Positions 22,901 through 36,391 of a DNA stretch of 64,000 nt are shown one piece after another. Position 1 is the first letter of the stretch, and every line of letters starts with the position of its first letter. Source of the DNA: Spizellomyces punctatus DAOM BR117 (taxonomy: Eukaryota). Below the pieces are notes generated by a model. It made no database searches and was not told the origin of the DNA. It was given only the letters and a program-made list of their open reading frames with translations. The stretch lies in assembly GCA_000182565.2 (NCBI GenBank), contig KQ257457.1, one strand, 5' to 3'. A program made the translations under genes and the position numbers.

Positions 22901-24170
22901 ACATCCTTTTGATCTAGATTACACCCAAAACTCTCTCCTACGCGGCATTGACACCCGCGGCATTGCACGAACGCATTCAGAAGGAGGTGGCCAAGCGGTT
23001 CCGGTTTGAAGGGATACCAAGAGATCTGATCTTGTCGAGACGTGTTCCTCTTTTACGGTCGATCTGTTTGAAGGTCGGGTTGCAAATTGAGGCAAGGGAT
23101 TACGCGTGGGATGCAACACCCATTTTTGGTCCATCGGATATTGTGAATCACTATCCAGTAGTCAAGCATGCTGAGCCTAGGGTATGCGTCTGATGCTTAG
23201 TGAGCATTTGCAAGTTGTTGATGTATGGTTTATTTTCTGGTAGGCAAGCTTTGCTGAAGAAGCCATGGAACACGCCCAACTCAGCTTGGCCCAAGAACAA
23301 CTCCCCATTGCCATCGACATTTACCAAGAAGCCGCCGCGGTTTACGAACAAGTATACGGCCCCGTGCATCGCGATACAGGACGAGCCTACAGCGCACTCG
23401 CCATGGCACACTACCAGACTCGCCAATTCGATCTCGCCCAACTGTTCCAACGCAAAGCCGTTGTCGTGTCGGAACGAACACAAGGTATCGATGACCCCGA
23501 TGTCCTGCAAAATTACATGAACTTGGCCTACTTTGAATTCATGGGCTCGCAAGACTCGACACGCGGCGCCCTTACACTAATGCGCCATGCACTTAACCTC
23601 TGGGAAAAACTCGGGGCCGGAAGCCGTACCCTTGAATCCGCCTCCACCGACGCCAATATTGCCGCTATGCTCCAACAACTCGGACACATTTCCCTCTCGA
23701 ACGCCTTTTACGAACGCGCCCGCGAGACACATGAACTTCTCCTAGGTAAAGACCACCATCTTACTGGCGCCTCCTATGATGCCCTCGTCAAAGGTTACGT
23801 GCTTGCATCCGATTTCCGTAAAGCACTGGGAGTCCAGAAGCTTGCGTGGGAGTACCTTCGCAAACGCTTTGGAGACACTGATGAACGTGTCGTAAGTGCT
23901 GAGACCGTCTTGCGCAATCTGACGGAAAGAGCTGTCAGCGATGTATGTATCCCCTTTCCTCGCCTGCTTCCCCTTCTTTGTTCCACCTACTAATTTTCAT
24001 ATGCACAGGCCAAGAAAGCAAAGCTCGCATCCCACCCACCACGCAAACAGCAACCCACACCCTCACCACCATCTCAGGACTCTACGTCTATAGGATCAAA
24101 AGGATCCTTACCTATTGATGAGCTGTTAAAATTTATTGGGGAGGGCGGCAAGAAACGAAGAGGAAAATAG
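19999..24170 (+). CDS. CLU1: Clustered mitochondria protein Clu1/TIF31
   Basis: CLU_N region, CLKSLSVSPWNPPP..GDLLYL, RDWNEDFQS, NNIFFS, GTDGRRYLLDLYRITPVD, HQRGVNMRYLG and C-terminal TPRs. Many short introns. Confidence 0.95.
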
Positions 24171-24386
24171 ATGGATGCTTGTGTTGACTTTACTACTAGA
24201 ATATATGCCATTCACATCATATGAGCATTTGCACCGACATTTCATGCTTTCGGCGCATTCTATGAGACCTATATATCGTCTTTAAAGTACTCATCAGTAC
24301 TTCTTAAATAGGAACTGCGAAAACACGACCATCATTACTGTGTTTGTTTATACTTGTGATCGACTGTTACACAGATTATATTGAAA

Positions 24387-24459
24387 GCCCGGTTAGCTCA
24401 ATCGGTAGAGCGTGAGGCTCTTAACCTCAAGGTTGCGGGTTCGACCCCCGCATCGGGCT
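24387..24459 (+). tRNA. tRNA-Lys(CTT)
   Basis: Identical to 8485-8557. T7 at 24480-24486. Confidence 0.97.
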
Positions 24460-24860
24460 GTCTTTAAGAAGGCTTCGAATTTTTTTCGCTGAACGAAATT
24501 GAATGTGGTGTTTTGAAAGGATTATCCGTTGGATAGCACAATGCTGGGCAATAGATGTTCCCTCGAAAGTAGCGAAATGTTCTTGATTATTCGTTGTTTT
24601 TTGATTTTTTAAGAAATAATAAATGTGCAAGTAATGCTACACTAGTTACTAGCAAGTAGATATGGAGGATGGGCCTTTAAATACCTGCCGAATCCTATGA
24701 ACATTGCACAGACACTACAACTAAGACCTGAACTAGCAGGAGCCCCCACAAGCATCTCTAAGGTAAAAAACAAATGGAAAACAAAACGTAAATATACCTA
24801 AACAAAAGGAGAAAACAGCTGCTTCACGACCCGTTCCGCCCTCCCACTTGCACACAACCT

Positions 24861-26518
24861 CTACTCATCTTCCTCCTCAATTGTACTGAATGCAGCATTC
24901 AACCTCGACTGCACCACTAACGCACACTCCCTCCTTGCTTTGACGTCCGCCATGCGCTGTGCAACTACTTTGTGGAATTGTTCCTTGATGGACGGAAATC
25001 CTTGCAACACTTGCTCGAGGTCCGTTCGGGAGAGGACCATGCAAAAGCAGTTTTCAACGGCGCGGACAGAGGCTGTGCGGGGTATATCGAAGAAGACGCC
25101 TAGTTCGCCTATACAAATCGTCAGGATGTGTGTGATCGAAAAAGGTGTGTGAAAGGAAACTTACCAAAAAAGGATCCCTGTCCAATACTGCTATACTGTC
25201 TTTTTCCATCACTCGAAACAACGTCTACCCTCCCTTTAGACAAAAAGTACATTTCCCTCCCCACCTCCCTTTTCCGAATAATGTACTCTCCTTTCAAGAA
25301 TATCGCCGGCGTCATTCTTAGCTTGAGCAGTCGTTCAAATTCTGGTAGCTCGCGGGAAATGTTTTCGTTGGCTATCGTGATGTTTCCATCGCTGTTGCGG
25401 CGGGGTCTGGTCGTAGCGGGGGGTGCAGTGGGTTTCGAGGAAGGGTTGAATGTCACGCGATTGGATGGGCTCTCCTTTTCAGATCGAGTGGTTGGTTTGA
25501 GGATCCCGCGTGTGTTAGGAGCTAGAGCGGAGAAAGACCCTGGTGTAGGGAGCGAATTGCGACGAGTGCGAGCGGGTGCGGTGGATGTTGGTGTCGTTGT
25601 AGGAATATCTGGCAACGAGATTTCGCCAGTTCTTTGTCGATCGGATAAAGTCTGGCGACCTAGCGAGTCCGACCGCCGTCGACCTTGCACGTTCGATGGA
25701 GCGGGTTGAGCACTGACTATGCGCCGATAGTCCGTCATGGTAGGTAACACTACACCAAATGCTACAAGTGTGGTCAATTCGTCAATCGTTGCGTTGCGCC
25801 GTTCGCCTCCAATAACGATTTCGTGGGTCTCGGGTTCGGGCTCCATTGTTCGGGTTGACGTAGTGAGCTTGTTAGGTTGACCATCTACACCAGGTGCAGC
25901 ACACGCCGTTGTGTTCTTCCCTGTTGCCTCCAGCGTGTCCGGACCACACGACCCACTTGAGGGCTCAATCAATGGATCCATGGAACTCGTCCAAACTTGC
26001 TTTCTGGTAGCCGCTCCTTGGTCGACATGACAATCCCCTCCATCTCGTGGAACGTCGCCGCTGGGTGCTGCGTGATCTGCCTTTATGGTAAGCGACGACC
26101 CCCAATTGGATGGCCCAGCCTCGTCGATGATGGGAACCGCGTCCACGCAGCCCAAGCCCATACTAGACGCACTCGACCCCCTCCGTGATGGGCGTAACGT
26201 GTCATGAAGCGATCCCTTGCGAGGGGTCGAGTCCTCGACCTTGGGTTCAACGGGTGCCTCTGAGACCGAGCCCCTTCGAATGGATTTATGGCTTGAGAGC
26301 CGTCGCAGCTTTTCCTTAATGGATTTGCGATGCACCGCTCCCACCTCCGCATCTCCCATTGTTCGTCGCCGTCGAGTTGGCGGACTCGGTTCCTTGGCAG
26401 TCCGCTTGGATAGTCGCTGTGTAAGCGTCTGTATCATTTCTTTGAGAACGTTGCGTTTAGTGGATCCGTCTTTGTCGCCCTCCCTGGGCACACTGGACGT
26501 TACGGCCTCCATTTCCAT
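24861..26518 (-). CDS. Soluble cyclic-nucleotide-binding domain protein with long disordered N-terminus
   Basis: FLKGEYIIRKREVGREMYFLSKGRV..GSFFG|ELGVFFDIPRTASVRA (CNBD, intron ~25164-25109). Stop at 24861. Further 5' exons are possible. Confidence 0.8.
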
Positions 26519-27454
26519 ATTCTTGAACCTTCCCTGATATGAGAAGGAAAGGGCAAGGCCAAAGGAAACACCGCACAACGAGGTAGGGGAAATGCTGAAA
26601 CGAATGAATAGACTTTTTGACGCACACCAAAAAGGTTGTTTTTGCGGAGTAAAGACGCTTTGGCAAACGGTTATTGTTCCCTCTTCAATAACAGTGCAAC
26701 AGGCCTTCATGAAATCGGCAAAAATACGGGATAACAATCAACTGACAAGCATTCATGAAGCAAACCAAAGAGTAGAATGATGGAAAAACATGAGCAAAAC
26801 TCGGGGTACTTCCCGCCAAGGTTCCTTAATCCAAAGAAAAACAGTTTACGTGGGTTTTGTTTGCTCCTGTTTTCGGTCCGTCTGTCTGAGGATATAATTA
26901 ACGATAAAAATACGAACTTTTCTATTAATAGCTAATCTCGGGACACAGACCCAGTATGCACTGTGCTTTTTTTGTATACTTACGCGGAAGAATTTAAGCG
27001 CAGATTTCCTGTCAAAACAACAGAGCCGGTAAGTTGGTTGCTTACTGATAAACATACCTCATCCTTATTGGCAGGTGTTTATGTTACTTATTGTTTATCT
27101 GTGGTGCATGGTGTGCGTGGTCATTGACACGTTGCTGAGACGAGGGTTGCTTGTACAAACCCTTAACCATCCTGGGGTAAACCATTAGAAAAGGGGTGCC
27201 TACCGATCCAAAGTGCAGTTCCAGAAAGTTCACAGACAGTATCCGCTTGTTTTGTTCAGCGTTCATCCCAACAATCGTTTTGCCGCTCGATCTGCGTGGA
27301 GGTCGGAGATGCTTACGCTAGACGCCAGACGTGACGCCTGCGCCACATCTGGTTTCGTACGTCACTGGTATTCCACCAGCGATGGATATGATCTCAAGAA
27401 TTATGTCGGTCAAGGATGTAGATTCCAGTACGGTCGGAAAAGACGCTAGCGCGG

Positions 27455-28354
27455 ATGTGTTCGAGCAGGTCAGATTGACCACCCATGTTCTTTAACCACA
27501 ACGCATTTCGAAACTTACATTTTATTTTTTTTTTCCTCATAGAGTGTTTTAGTAAAGGTACGTTCCCCGCAGGCTAGATCGCATCTTGACGCAACAGCCC
27601 CTCACCCTCGGCCTCCCCCTCTTCATTCCTGGATCCAATCTCACCCTCTGGCACCTCGCAGCCAGCACCACCCCCTTCAGTCCCTGCTCCAATAACAAAC
27701 GTAACGCCCAACACACCGCAAACTCGTTTATACGTCGGAAACCTGCCTCCAACCTTAACAGAGTATAATCTGATTACACTCTTTGCTCCTCATGGCAAGA
27801 TCCGAAAGATAGATTATCTATGGCACAAGCATGGACCTCGGAAGGGTGAGCCGAGGGGATATTGTTTTGTCGAGTATGAACGACGCGTGGATGCCGTTGG
27901 GGCTGTCGCGGCCATGAATGGGCGAGTGGTGGGAGGACGCAAGCTGACGGTGGGGTTTTCGGTTGACCATGGGCAGGATGGAAAGTTGCCGAGACCGGCG
28001 GATAGGTACAAGGATGTGCCGGAAGAGGTAAACCTGAAGTTACAGCCCAAGATTGTGCGCGCAAGGTAACAACCGAATCTCGTCACATCCTTGCCCATTT
28101 GCAACAATCTCACATAGCTTTGCACATCCAGTACGTCTGCAAAAATATCTGCTCTGGAACGAAAAATCCACCAGTTGTCGCAGCAAGAAGAACGAATGGC
28201 CAACGGAATGGGAAACGACAGAAAACCGGCAGGACCGGGAGCCGCGCGCGGGTCCTCATTCAGAGGGCCTGCGTCGTCAAATAGTAGACCTCAGGGAGGA
28301 GAAAGTTCTGGGTCTGGCGCTGGCGCGAGACGTTTCCATCCTTTTCGTAAATAA
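27455..28354 (+). CDS. RBM18: Single-RRM RNA-binding protein, RBM18-like
   Basis: RLYVGNLPPTLTEYNL..GKIRKIDYLWHKHGPRKGEPRGYCFVEY and C-terminal KISALERKI..RFHPF. 5' exon uncertain. Confidence 0.75.
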
Positions 28355-28571
28355 GAGTTTGATTGGCTGCATTACTCTCAGTCTTCATTGGAGCTTTTCT
28401 CCAGCCCATCCAGAGCAATTAATCATATCTACGATCCCATTACATGTTCTCTATCACCAAATCTATCCAAAAAAGACAAAAAGGAAGGAGGGGCATAATT
28501 GATACTGACACTTGGACGTAGCTACCATTTGTAAACGTAGGTTACTAGGTTGGATGACTACTTTACCACAG

Positions 28572-31500
28572 CTACTTCCACTTCCAAGTGAACATCCCAT
28601 CCTTTTGTGCGTCCTCGCACTTTCGTCCTCGTCCGGCAACCGGTGTTGTACCAGGTGTTCGCAGTGCTATCGTACCCTTGAACTCAATAGGTGTATTAAA
28701 TTCCTTTACTGAAGGAGTGTGCGTGCGGCCAACTGAAGGGGTGGTACCCGGAGTGGGAGGCAGGGCATTAGCGGGTAGGCCGTCATCAGGATCATATTGT
28801 ATAGCCGTCGGTGGGTGGAGGTGCGTTACATCCGTTGTGAAATGGAGAAAGAGTTCTGGGGAGTACTGGAAGGCGGATGAACTTGAAAGCAGCGATTCTG
28901 TACAAGGCGTCGCGGCCTCGCTGTATGGGCAGAGATCAGACGATTGAAGTTCGTCATGCTGGACAGGCGATGCCGGTTTTGATGGGAGGGCGTCGGTGGC
29001 TGTCATGGCCGCAGCTGCAGCCAAAGCGGCTTTTTCTCGTTCTCTTGCGGCTGCAGCTATCACTCTGGTCACTGTCTCGGCTGTAGCTCTGGGTCGTCGC
29101 GGCTTCACTTTCGGAGGCGTTGCCCTCTGAGCCATTAGTCGGTTCTCTTTTCCAGAGAGCTGATCGTCAGCGTTTCGCCGTGACCGACCCTTTGGCGTGT
29201 TTGCCTCGACAGCCGCTGTGTTGGTCTCGGCAGGACTCAAAATGCGACTTGGAGGGCCTTGCATATCCACTGTAGACTTGTCCTTTGACTTGATTGCAGG
29301 CGTAGATCCATGAGGGCTTTGCAGGTCGACGCTAGCCTTGTCTCTGGGTTTGATTGCTGACGTAGATCGGCAATGACTTTGCATGTCGACGCTAGTCTTG
29401 CCCCTTGACTTGGGCGCGGGCGTTGATCGATGTACCGTCCGCTTGGGGGTACTCCTACTTTCCCCTCCAACACTAGCCTTATCAATAGGTATGCTTCCCA
29501 CCGTCGCCAACCCTAATCGCCTAGCCTCCGTTTCTTGCGCTTCCAGCACAAACTTGACAGCCTTTCGAACCAATTGCTCAGCACTCCATTGCTCGACCAC
29601 AGCCTGAAACCGATCCATATCGACTGCCAGCGAGCTTGGCCTAGAGCCTTGGTCAATGGTTTGCAAAAGGCCATATTCAACCAAACTGGCGACCAATATC
29701 TGTCCAAACTCCTTTAACAGTTCAGCAACCGTTGGAAAGGGTATTTGCGTTGGATCTATTTCAAATGCTGTGACGACCGGAGTCGGTCGCGTACCTGCTG
29801 CCAATGCACGCGCATGGTCCCGCAACTTTCGGTTAGGACTGACGGTGGACATTTCCGACCTGATGATTGAGTCAACTTGCAGATTGCTCCCCGCAACCCA
29901 GCAAATCATTTCACCCTCTACAAGCTGCATATCAAGCTCACGCACAAACTCGTTCAATCGGCAATCCATATCCACGGTTCGCACATAACCAGTTGCAATA
30001 GGCCCATCTTCCATTCCCGTGGTCAAGTTGACTGGATTGTCTTGCGCTCCAGCCCGAAGTCCGCTCAACTCAATCATTTTGCCCAATTTCCACGCCATAA
30101 CATTCCACACCCCTTTCCGAAACCATTCCAGAATCTCTGATACGCTTCGGGTGCTTGCTGCGACTGCCGCGCTTGAAATCCAATTCAAAGAGTCTCCGTT
30201 TTGAAGAGGGACCATCGAAAATTTTGGGCTGAAAATCCACGGTTGCTTCTCCACTGCCGTTGGAACAGGTATCTTTTGGATTGGAATGATGACATATCAA
30301 CCATTATGAAAGGGACGCCAAGAAAGATCGACAAAAAAGCGAGTGGAACGCAAAAGAACATACACCGACCTGATGGATATTGACAACATGCTCTTGCAAT
30401 TCCCCTCGCTTAGTGAATTCCCGTCCACACACTGGCCATGAGCAGACATACATCATCCGCTCGAAGGAAAATGGTTTCCTGGCTTTGGCCCTCCCCCTCC
30501 CTTTACCCTTTCCTTTCACGCTGACCGCCACGGGACCGTCTTCTTCCCAGGCGTTCTCCTCTCCTAGCCTTCCAATCGGATTGCCAGTTGCAGCTGTAAA
30601 GACGTAATCGCTCTCTCTTGCGCCACCCGTCCACTGTGCCGGATTTTTACCGTTTTTGTGCCGTTCTAATCGTCCCTTTACTGCAAAGGCGGCGGGGCAC
30701 GTCATAACAAGTCGTCCTGATACGGCATCGCGTAGGAGTCCGAGTTCCACGTCCGTTTCCGGGTCCGGGAAGAATTGTGGTCTGCAGGGAGAGTCAGTGG
30801 GTCGGGGCGCCAACGTGGGCAGAGTAGATTGAGATGCTGTTGATGACGAAGCTTGGATGCATGTAAACGTAGCGGGATGTGTTGTGTTCGGCTTCCATAT
30901 TTTTGTGGTTGTAGCGTAGGCCGCAGCTGCTCGTGCTAGGCATCACAAAGGACCGAGTTTCATCAATCAAATGTCCACATAAAAACCCTGCCCAATAGAG
31001 TCGAACAGTTACCTTCAGCCATCACCTTCTGTTCTGTAACCTTTAGATGCGTTGTATGCCACCTGTAGAGTTCCACGTTTGTTGTCTTGAAGTCACAGAC
31101 AAACTGCTTTCTTTGCCACCACAAGCTCTCGCTTGTTTGAGATCCTTTCCGAAGCTTTCCTGGTCGTGATGTGTTGTGGCAAACAGGTGTGGTGAGGGAC
31201 TGAACGTCAAAAGGTCTCGAGTTCTGCGGTGACGGACGCGGATTGTGATTTTGCGGGGGTTGGTGGAGAGACGGGCCGTCGCCATATATGCTTCTCAAGA
31301 AGGGAGGCAGGTATAGTTCATTCGCTGCAGCAAACGCAACGTGTCCGGCGATGGAAGGATCCCGAGGCTGCGATTGGGAAACGGTGGGATCATGATACTC
31401 TGCAGGATCCAAGCCTTCCGGAAGAATCTGTGCTTTTCCATGAGTGACCTCCGATATCACTATCTCGGCACTCTGTTCACCATCGTCATTAGAAACATCC

Positions 31501-31952
31501 TCACGCTGGGTATCTGCAGCAACGGTGGCTATGGACATCTCGCCTTTTTGGCAATCAAAGTGATGTGCTTCCGGATCTAGCCGGCCAACCTCTTCAACTT
31601 TGATACATGTTTTTTTTGTTTCACCAGTTGAAAGCGTCCTTGTGGCATCGATGCCTTCAGGTGCGTCGGTACAGGTTTCAACATCCACACGCTTCGTCAC
31701 AGTCGTTACGGGTGCTTTATCCTCCGATCGGACTCGTTTAGCGGTCGGTTCCTCATATCCTTTCCGATCTTCTAGGCCAAGCTCATCCAACATCATCAGG
31801 GGCCTTTTGCAAGGTACTGTCGAATGCAAAGCAGCCAAAATGCTCGGCGTCGCCCGGGACATGACGCGGTGTCTGCAAGGGGTGCAAAAGGTGACGGCCT
31901 GTGTTCGAAAGTTGAACAGTCGCCAAACGGGTAGATAATCGTCTATGTTCAA
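28572..31952 (-). CDS. Large hypothetical multi-exon protein with C2H2 zinc finger(s)
   Basis: Three same-strand ORFs (30963-31952, 30304-30813, 28572-30254) separated by intron-like gaps. YVCSWPVCGREFTKRGELQEHVVNIH is a C2H2 finger. Joining into one gene is inferred. Confidence 0.55.
29261..29432. repeat. Coding tandem repeat, ~3 x 60 bp (20 aa)
   Basis: GCATATCCACTGTAGACTTG / GCAGGTCGACGCTAGCCTTG / GCATGTCGACGCTAGTCTTG at 29261, 29321 and 29381. Encodes (ST.A.KS.DK.SVDMQ) units. Confidence 0.8.
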
Positions 31953-32694
31953 TCAATCGTTTCCTGTACTCTGTGATCCGCACTGATGCGCCAAGGTAAG
32001 TGGGCAGATAGCGGCGGATGCTGTGTACAGCGCAAACCGAGGAAACGCCAGTCAAAATGAAGAAAAAAGGAAGTGGCCACACGTATAGTTCGTAAAAAAG
32101 GCAAACGGACTATGATGGCACAACCATATCTGCCTCTATGCAACGGTACTAAATTCGCATACTCAATGTAATTGGCGAAAAAACGGCGCCGCGCTTCTTA
32201 AGGTGTGAAGGTGTGAAATTGCGCACTTTGCCCTCTCCCCGCGATTCTGGCAATATAACGAGAAGCCAAGCACACTTATATCCTTGCTGATCCGCTACCA
32301 CAAGCTACTGGAGGAATCCTAGGAAAGGAATGTGCTGAAAAACAACTCCGCCGACAGCGTGATGGCAGTAGAAAACGTACGCGTTCGGCAGTGCAAAGAA
32401 CATGTCCGATTTTTGCAATGTCCACTTTATAGTTGTGATTTGATAAGCAATTTTGGATGGAAGACATTCCATCCTGTGAGGAGAATAAGAGTCGTTCATT
32501 GTTTTGGAGGCTATAAACAAGTTTTGTTTTTGTTTGTTCAGGAAACTGATGAGATCAAGATATACATATAAAGAAACAAGCCGCCAAAAAGAAATCATAT
32601 CATGAAATGCAAAACCAGCTTCGATATGCACAAATAATTTTACCCCGTGCGCAAGGACATGATAGAAATGACACCAAAAAGCTTTCAAACTTGT

Positions 32695-34638
32695 TCAATA
32701 TCGTCGGAAATCAAAGATGTTTTGAAGCTCGCTTACGGTTAACCAAATCCATTCCTGGAAACAATTGATGTTTAATATACTGATCAGGTCATTTCAAAAA
32801 ACGAAAAGGAATAGACCCACGCTACCTCTTTGTTCCGCTTGTACTCTTTGCGAACGAACCCAAATATGAGCCATAACCCCGCATACCCAGTCCACTGGAG
32901 CAAATCCACCCATGAAGCCCAACCATGAAGTTCCCCGGGGGGTTTGGGTAGAGCGGTGCCCAAAATGAGAGGCGCGACATCCCCATTTGTTCCGTCCAGG
33001 TATGTGGGATCTTCATGGGCTTCCAACCACCACCAAGGTGGAACCACGCACATTCTTCCATGATAGCTCAGACTGCTGCCACTATCCGTGCTACGTATTA
33101 GCGCATCCACGCCGCGACTCAACACACTGGGCTCTACCAGCCACACACTACCGAGCAGCAACCCCAAGAACAGAAGGAATTTTGACGAACCCGTAGGCCC
33201 TTGGCGCCTGCGGCTCGTTCGCCTCCCAAGTCCAACTTCCTCGTGCTCATAGGGTCCAGCAATGATCATGGTTGCCAATATCAAAACTGGGATATGCTGA
33301 ATGACGTCCATTGCTACACTGAAGCGGAAAAATGTTGGAGAGTATGTGTGCGGGCCTGGATCGACGAGAGGTGGAGGGAACGACACAGGTATTTCGTTGG
33401 GTAACGTATGTCCGGGTGGCATACTAGGTGGGTTTCTAAAATGATTTACAAGAAAGCAGTGAGGTCTCTTGTCCTTCACCAGTTGCGAGTAATCTGATCG
33501 AATGCATCACTTACGTTGCCAGGTATATGGATAACAAGTTCATCAACCACAGAATAAGTGCTAGAAATCCCCAGCTAGCAAAAACCCTTCTCAGGCATCC
33601 TGCGAGGCCACAACAACGGCTCCCAGAACCGCATCGCGTAGGCCGCGACATTGGCTCGTCATCATCAAACCCGTCCGGGGTTTCATAGCCCTCCAAGAGC
33701 GCTTCTTCTTCATCTCTGATATTTTCGCTAGATGAATCTCTTTCGCGCCGAGCTTTGGCAGCATTTGTATTTGGTGAGCGGTCTCGGGATATGAACGATC
33801 CCGGCCGACTTCCTGATGGGCTCCGTGCTGGTGATAGGGACTGAGACGATACTGTCCCGTACGCAGGGAAGGAGGCGGGCCGCGATGACGCTGCTGCCGA
33901 TGGTGCATGGTGTCCGGCTGCTGGGTTACGATTGCTTGTTGGGTTTGCAGATCGATCCTGTGTAATGGCTGAAATGGAAGGCAGAAGGTTAAACCAGTGT
34001 CCTTTGCTATGCAGAAGGAAATATACATGTATGACGTACAGCTCGATCGGTTCTTTCGTTGATAGTTGAGAGCCAAAGTGAAGGAAAACACAGAAAAACT
34101 GCGGAGGACAGCGGAGATAAACAGTAACCATGCATCAATGATTTGGGGTTCCACCGTAGCTTCCTTCCCTGATCCACGATCGGGCTTTCGGGACATGTGT
34201 GGCAAATCCAAAGCATACCGTATAAAATCTATCAGAAAGCTTTCCAGCCAGTCAGTCCACAAAGATCAGATACTCCAAAGGGACGAGACAACCAACCAAC
34301 CTCACACCCAACACCAAGAAATATACCGCCCACCATCCATTTCTTACTGATCGGTCTCTGATCGTCCTATTGAACACACGCGCCGAATCATACTTTGCTG
34401 CTGCGACGATCCCAAATGTGATACATGTCACGCCGATGGTCAGGAATGTTAGAGAAACTGTTGGACTATGAAGTGCCGGCGCGCCATAATTGGATCCAGG
34501 TTCAGTGGGCGGAAGGGAAGATGATAGATACGGGCAATTTGGTAACGGTAGTCCCCCTAATATGTCATGTCGCCGCTGTTCGGTTGTTATTGTGATTGAC
34601 GAGGGAGGTTGCCAGCCAGGCCCCGCCTCGACCGGCAT
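32695..34638 (-). CDS. Uncharacterised multi-pass (about 7 TM) membrane protein
   Basis: Hydrophobic helices across ORFs 34252-34638, 33591-34262, 33511-33990 and 32784-33479. Last exon EWIWLTVSELQNIFDFRRY* ends at 32695. Confidence 0.65.
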
Positions 34639-35131
34639 GTTTACTTTGAAACTAAAAGTGATACATAGTATTTACAACGCAGTCAAGCTTTGCCGTGTGC
34701 GGCTTAAAGTGGGGGCTGGTCACGTACCTAAAAGAACCCCCAATTTCAGCCCCGGGTAAACGGTGTGCTTTCTCGCTCCGAGTGTAAAAACAGAAAGGCT
34801 TTTTGGTTGCCTCCGAGCCTGCCTTTGTTATTGCGCTGTCAAGTAGCAAATCACTAATAAGAGTGCGTCATAAGCGTTGAATGTCCAGCGCAAAAGTCAG
34901 ATTTCAGGGTCAAAAATAAAGGGTAATTGGAAAAGCGCCGAGAGCCTTTTGGAATGGTGGATGCTGACTCCACCGTGTTCACATGACCTCACAGCCCTTG
35001 ATCGCGATCCACAGGAGCTTTTGACCGTATGCTCGGGCACTAGGGTTTTTGAGACCCAAGGATTTGTTTATCCCATCGCTCCATTGGCGTTTAAACAAGA
35101 AACGCTTATTTCCTCCCCCCCAGCAAACTGA

Positions 35132-36089
35132 AATGACTATCGAAAGAAGAATGCCGTCAAAAATTCTACTGTCGAAACCTCATCTTCCCGTGGAAACAAC
35201 CCTTGCCATCCTCTCCTACATTTCCCTTGCTGACCATTTACCCTTCCTAATAGCTTCTCGCAGCCTGCGGGCAGCCGCCTTGTCCTCTCTCGCAGAACGT
35301 CTTAGCAGACGATCAACGACATTCGACAAACTACCTCGATTCAACATTCTATTTCCAACTGGGAACTGGGGGGCAATTTTGTACACAGAATTTTGGTGTC
35401 TCCCCGTAGGTTGCCCATCCCAATACGGTTGTTCGGAGGACGGCGTCAATGAGTGGCTCACAAAGCCAGTATGGAGTCCTAATAAGCGAAAGTGGCGGTT
35501 GATAGCAGACAGAAAGCGGCCCACCATCATTCGCTTGCACAAGGACACTGGATGCGAGAGTCGTCTGCTCACCTTTTGGAATGGCGTCTCGCCTCATTCT
35601 GCAACTTACGCACATACTGCACCGTCATGCGGCGGATTCTTGACGATGCTACCATCTCATAGCTCCCAGATCATAGGTTTTAGTCGGGTCGTCACCACCT
35701 CCCCCGGCCAAAACAACTTTCACCGAGTCAAATGTGCCCGCTTCTCTGCTGTCTCTGGTGGGCGACATACGTTGACATCAAATGACGGATCGATCGAGAT
35801 CGTTTTGCATGTTGAGCCATCTCCACAAGAACCCGGAAATCAATTGCTGATGTTTGTGACAGAGGTGTATGTGACAAGTGGAGTCCTCTTGAGTTCGACA
35901 CCGGACTTGAACATCAATGCAAAGATAAATGAGAAGCGTACTGCGCAAGAGAACCTATTCACCGATATAGGGCACGCCCTGCTCCCCGACATAACAAAAG
36001 CGCCGTACAGCAAATCAGCTGTGCATATGGATCATGTGGGATGGCACCCTTCAAAGATGGAAAGTAGCACCTGGTGGGCGCATGTATAG
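35132..36089 (+). CDS. Hypothetical protein with N-terminal F-box-like motif
   Basis: Uninterrupted ORF with HLPVETTLAILSYISLADHLPFLIASRSLRAAA. Confidence 0.55.
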
Positions 36090-36391
36090 AGTGAAAGAGC
36101 CAGAAATGTGCGTGTAGGAGATTGATATTAGGGTAGACTCTTGAGAAATGCATCTGCCTATCAAAGGCTGGGGTTGTAATGGATTTGGTGATGGCGTACG
36201 GCTGTTTCGCGGCCTTTTATAAGCTTGATGAATATATCCGTTTGACGTAAATAGCTGCAAGGACAGATGGCTGAAGCTAGTGAAAAGAATATATATACCA
36301 AGAACTTATTCAAACTGTTGATCAGTACATGATGGAAAGCAGTCTGAACCTCTCCACAAACTACTCTTCCACGCAAAAACTCCTTCCGATA

